From Scyliorhinus canicula (Eukaryota), in NCBI RefSeq assembly GCF_902713615.1, contig NC_052158.1:36819729-36883728 (forward strand): 64,000 nt of DNA. The letters run 5' to 3'. The translations under genes were made by a program, and so were the position numbers. Below the pieces are notes generated by a model. That model was not told the DNA's origin and did not search any database. It worked only from the letters and a program-made list of their open reading frames with translations. Every line of letters begins with the position of its first letter. Positions within the stretch are counted from its first letter, which is position 1. Shown here in pieces: positions 61,382 to 64,000 of this stretch.

Positions 61382-64000
61382 GGGCGGAATTCTCTGTTCC
61401 AGAGACTAAGTACTGATGCCGGGACAAAATCGTGGGACATCAACGACAGCAAAATTGGCACCGATCTCAGAGCAATTCCACAACTGTTTATGGGCTAACA
61501 CCAGCACTACGTGGAACATGAGCAATTACAATGAGAAATGGAGTCGGGATTGACACTCGAAAGGCTGACAAACTGCAGATGCATAATATCACTGCACTCC
61601 CCATACGCACTGGGATGCAGGGTTTGTGGGCATAGGGGGGTGTTGGGATGGAGGGGTTGGTGGGGTGGAGGCTGGGGAGTGGGGTGTGGGGTTGGTGGTG
61701 TAGGGGCACCCATGTGGCCAATGTCACTCAGCACAAGCATTGGCCGCAGAGGGTGGTCAGTTGGGTGTACAGCAAGATAGCTTCCTTGTAGGACACGGAA
61801 ATGATGATCTGTCTGGGCAGCCCAGTCCCATGGCATGGTGAGTCCGACTGCATGGTCCATTCACTGGTCACCTCCTGTCACCCCGTGCTGCCCTACTGGG
61901 CCTGGCAGATGTTCCCCCTCCAGTCAGCCCTACCCGTGGCATATCCGTGGGCCCACAGTCGCAACTCTGCATGCACTACCTCCTCTCTCTCCCTCATCGG
62001 CCAGGGCACTTGTTTCCTAATTTTTGAAACCACAAGTGAAACTCATCATCGGTAATTCCTCCCGGCGGAGACAGATCATCATGGAAACCCCAGAGAATAC
62101 CAGGCCAGGCCCGCTAATGATACATGCACGGCATTTACTGTACCTGTGGACGAGAGTGAATTGGCGCTGCCGTTGAGGCACTGGAGGACGACATTCTGGT
62201 GTTTACCTGGCACTAGCCATGGTTTTGTTCTCACAATCCATTCGCCACCCAATTGCCTTTCCCGATTTCAGCATCGGCCAACGGAGAATCGCACCCATTC
62301 GACAGCAAAACTGGAGCCATATCTGGACCTATTCAGCGACTGCTAAGAGGCAAGCACCTGCGCCACCTGGAACACAATTGATTCCAATAAGAACTGGTGA
62401 CAGATTTGCGCGTGACACTCAGGATGCTGACAAGCTGCAGCCCAATATACACACGGCATTCCCCACTGACATCATCCCAGCCAACCAGATGGCCACAAGA
62501 CACGCGGCACCATGATTCACAGACTCCATGCCGGAGACCCTCCTGGAAGTGGTGAAGGAGAGGTAAGCCACCCTCTGTCCCAGTCTCGGAAGGAGGCTGC
62601 CAGCCACGGCCATTCGCAGTCACTGCCACCATCAACACCATCCGGACTGGCCTATATTGCAGGAAGAAACTGCAGGACCTCGTCAGGAGGGGCCAGGGTG
62701 AGTAGGCAGCGCTGTGGACCTGCACCAACCCCATCCAACACACCCGTAACCCTAGCCCACCACTCCACCCAAAGGGCAGCTGGATCCCCACCCTGCAGCA
62801 CATACCATCACCCATACAATGACCGGGTGCCTTGCTCACTGTGGGCACTGGCCACAGGCCCCTTGGCTGTATGTGTCGGACTGTCTCACACTGTTGGCCA
62901 CCCATAAACACCACAGCAGGAGAAAACTGGAGGGGAACCACCAAACCTGCAGCCCCTACCATGGCTGAGCAGAGGGCCCTGGATGTGGTTGGCGGCTCAG
63001 AGGAAAGGGGTTATTGGGATGGAGCTCTGCTGCTGGCGATGTAGTGAGACCCCACTTATTTGTGGCTCACCGTGACGTGTGTCAACCCGGATCAACACCA
63101 CCCTCACCTCCACATTATCCTCACCTACACACCATTCCCACCCTCACGCCTGCACCACCCTCACCACCACACCATTCTCACTCCCACACCATTATCACCC
63201 CCTCTCTCACTCTCACTCCCATCACCCCCACTCGCCCCCACGGCCCGAGGTCTAATCATGAGCATTGTCTTGTGTCTTGCAGGACCTCCTGGTAATGAGG
63301 TGGCTCCAACTGGTGTCCCCCACCCCCAGCCAGTGTCACAGCCTGAGACCATACCTCCCACCATGTGCCGGCCATGGACGAGGACAGCTGCATGGACAGG
63401 AGCCTTCGATGCGGGACTCAAGTTACCCTGAAGCTCGAGTCCAAGGATGACATAGTTTTCCTGACAGCTGTCTCCAATACCCTCCATCATCCCAGAAACA
63501 CTCACCTGGTTTGTGAATTTTAGTGAAGAGGCTCCTGGGACATTCTCTGACATGTAGCACACAGCTGCTCCGGTACTTCGGGTGGATGTAGGATCACCAA
63601 GGGCAGCACGGTAGCATTGTGGATAGCACAATTCCTTCACAGCTCCAGGGTCCCAGGTTCGATTCTGGCTTGGGTCACTGTCTGTGCGGAGTCTGCACAT
63701 CCTCCCCCTGTGTGCGTGGGTTTCCTCCGGGTGCTCCGGTTTCCTCCCACAGTCCAAAGATGTGCAAGTTAGGTGGATTTACCATGATAAATTGCCCTTA
63801 GTGTCCAAAATTGCCCTTAGTGTTGGGTGGGGTTACAGGGTTATGGGGATAGGGTGGAGGTGTTAACCTTGGGTAGGGTGCTCTTTCCAGGAGCCGGTGC
63901 AGACTCTATGGGCCGAATGGCCTCCTTCTGCACTGTAAATTCTATGAAATTCTATGAAATCTATGGATGGACGGTGGGCATGCCGTCCCCAGATACCAGC
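61382..64000 (+). mobile_element. PIF/Harbinger remnant with a degenerate Myb/SANT-like gene; runs off the window
   Basis: Terminus gggcggaattctc. From ~62488: MATRHAAP*FTDSMPETLLEVVKER..RTGLYCRKKLQDLVRRAR|gtgagt; later MAEQRALDVVGG. Confidence 0.6.
63601..63965 (+). mobile_element. HE1/V-SINE-like SINE inserted in the Harbinger remnant
   Basis: Full head, core and (aaattctatg)x3 tail. Confidence 0.88.

Overview
Eukaryotic, repeat-dominated genomic DNA, almost certainly from a cartilaginous fish. This is inferred from shark-type MHC class I exons and HE1/V-SINE-like SINEs; the species cannot be fixed from sequence alone. The only clear host gene is an MHC class I heavy-chain gene on the minus strand. 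Its alpha1 exon (9458-9712) has an in-frame TAG, and its alpha2 exon (3704-3976) has non-classical groove substitutions. The leader exon was not located, and alpha3 lies outside the window. The rest is nested mobile DNA: CR1, L2-like, L1, Tx1, RTE and Rex1 LINEs, many tRNA-derived SINEs, Gypsy LTR relics, PIF/Harbinger relics and Penelope-like elements (PLEs). Notable items: (i) a nearly intact FLYWCH+MULE (Phantom-like) transposon with ~290-bp foldback-type TIRs, a 9-bp TSD and two tandem perfect palindromes before the ATG, nested in a solo LTR; (ii) a hAT MITE carrying the 3' end of an acidic ribosomal P-protein gene (EESDDDIGFGLFD*); (iii) two apparently identical young PLE copies with intact minimal hammerhead ribozymes; (iv) an orphan CpG-rich promoter-like island with an RFX X-box. 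Coordinates of degenerate repeats are approximate.
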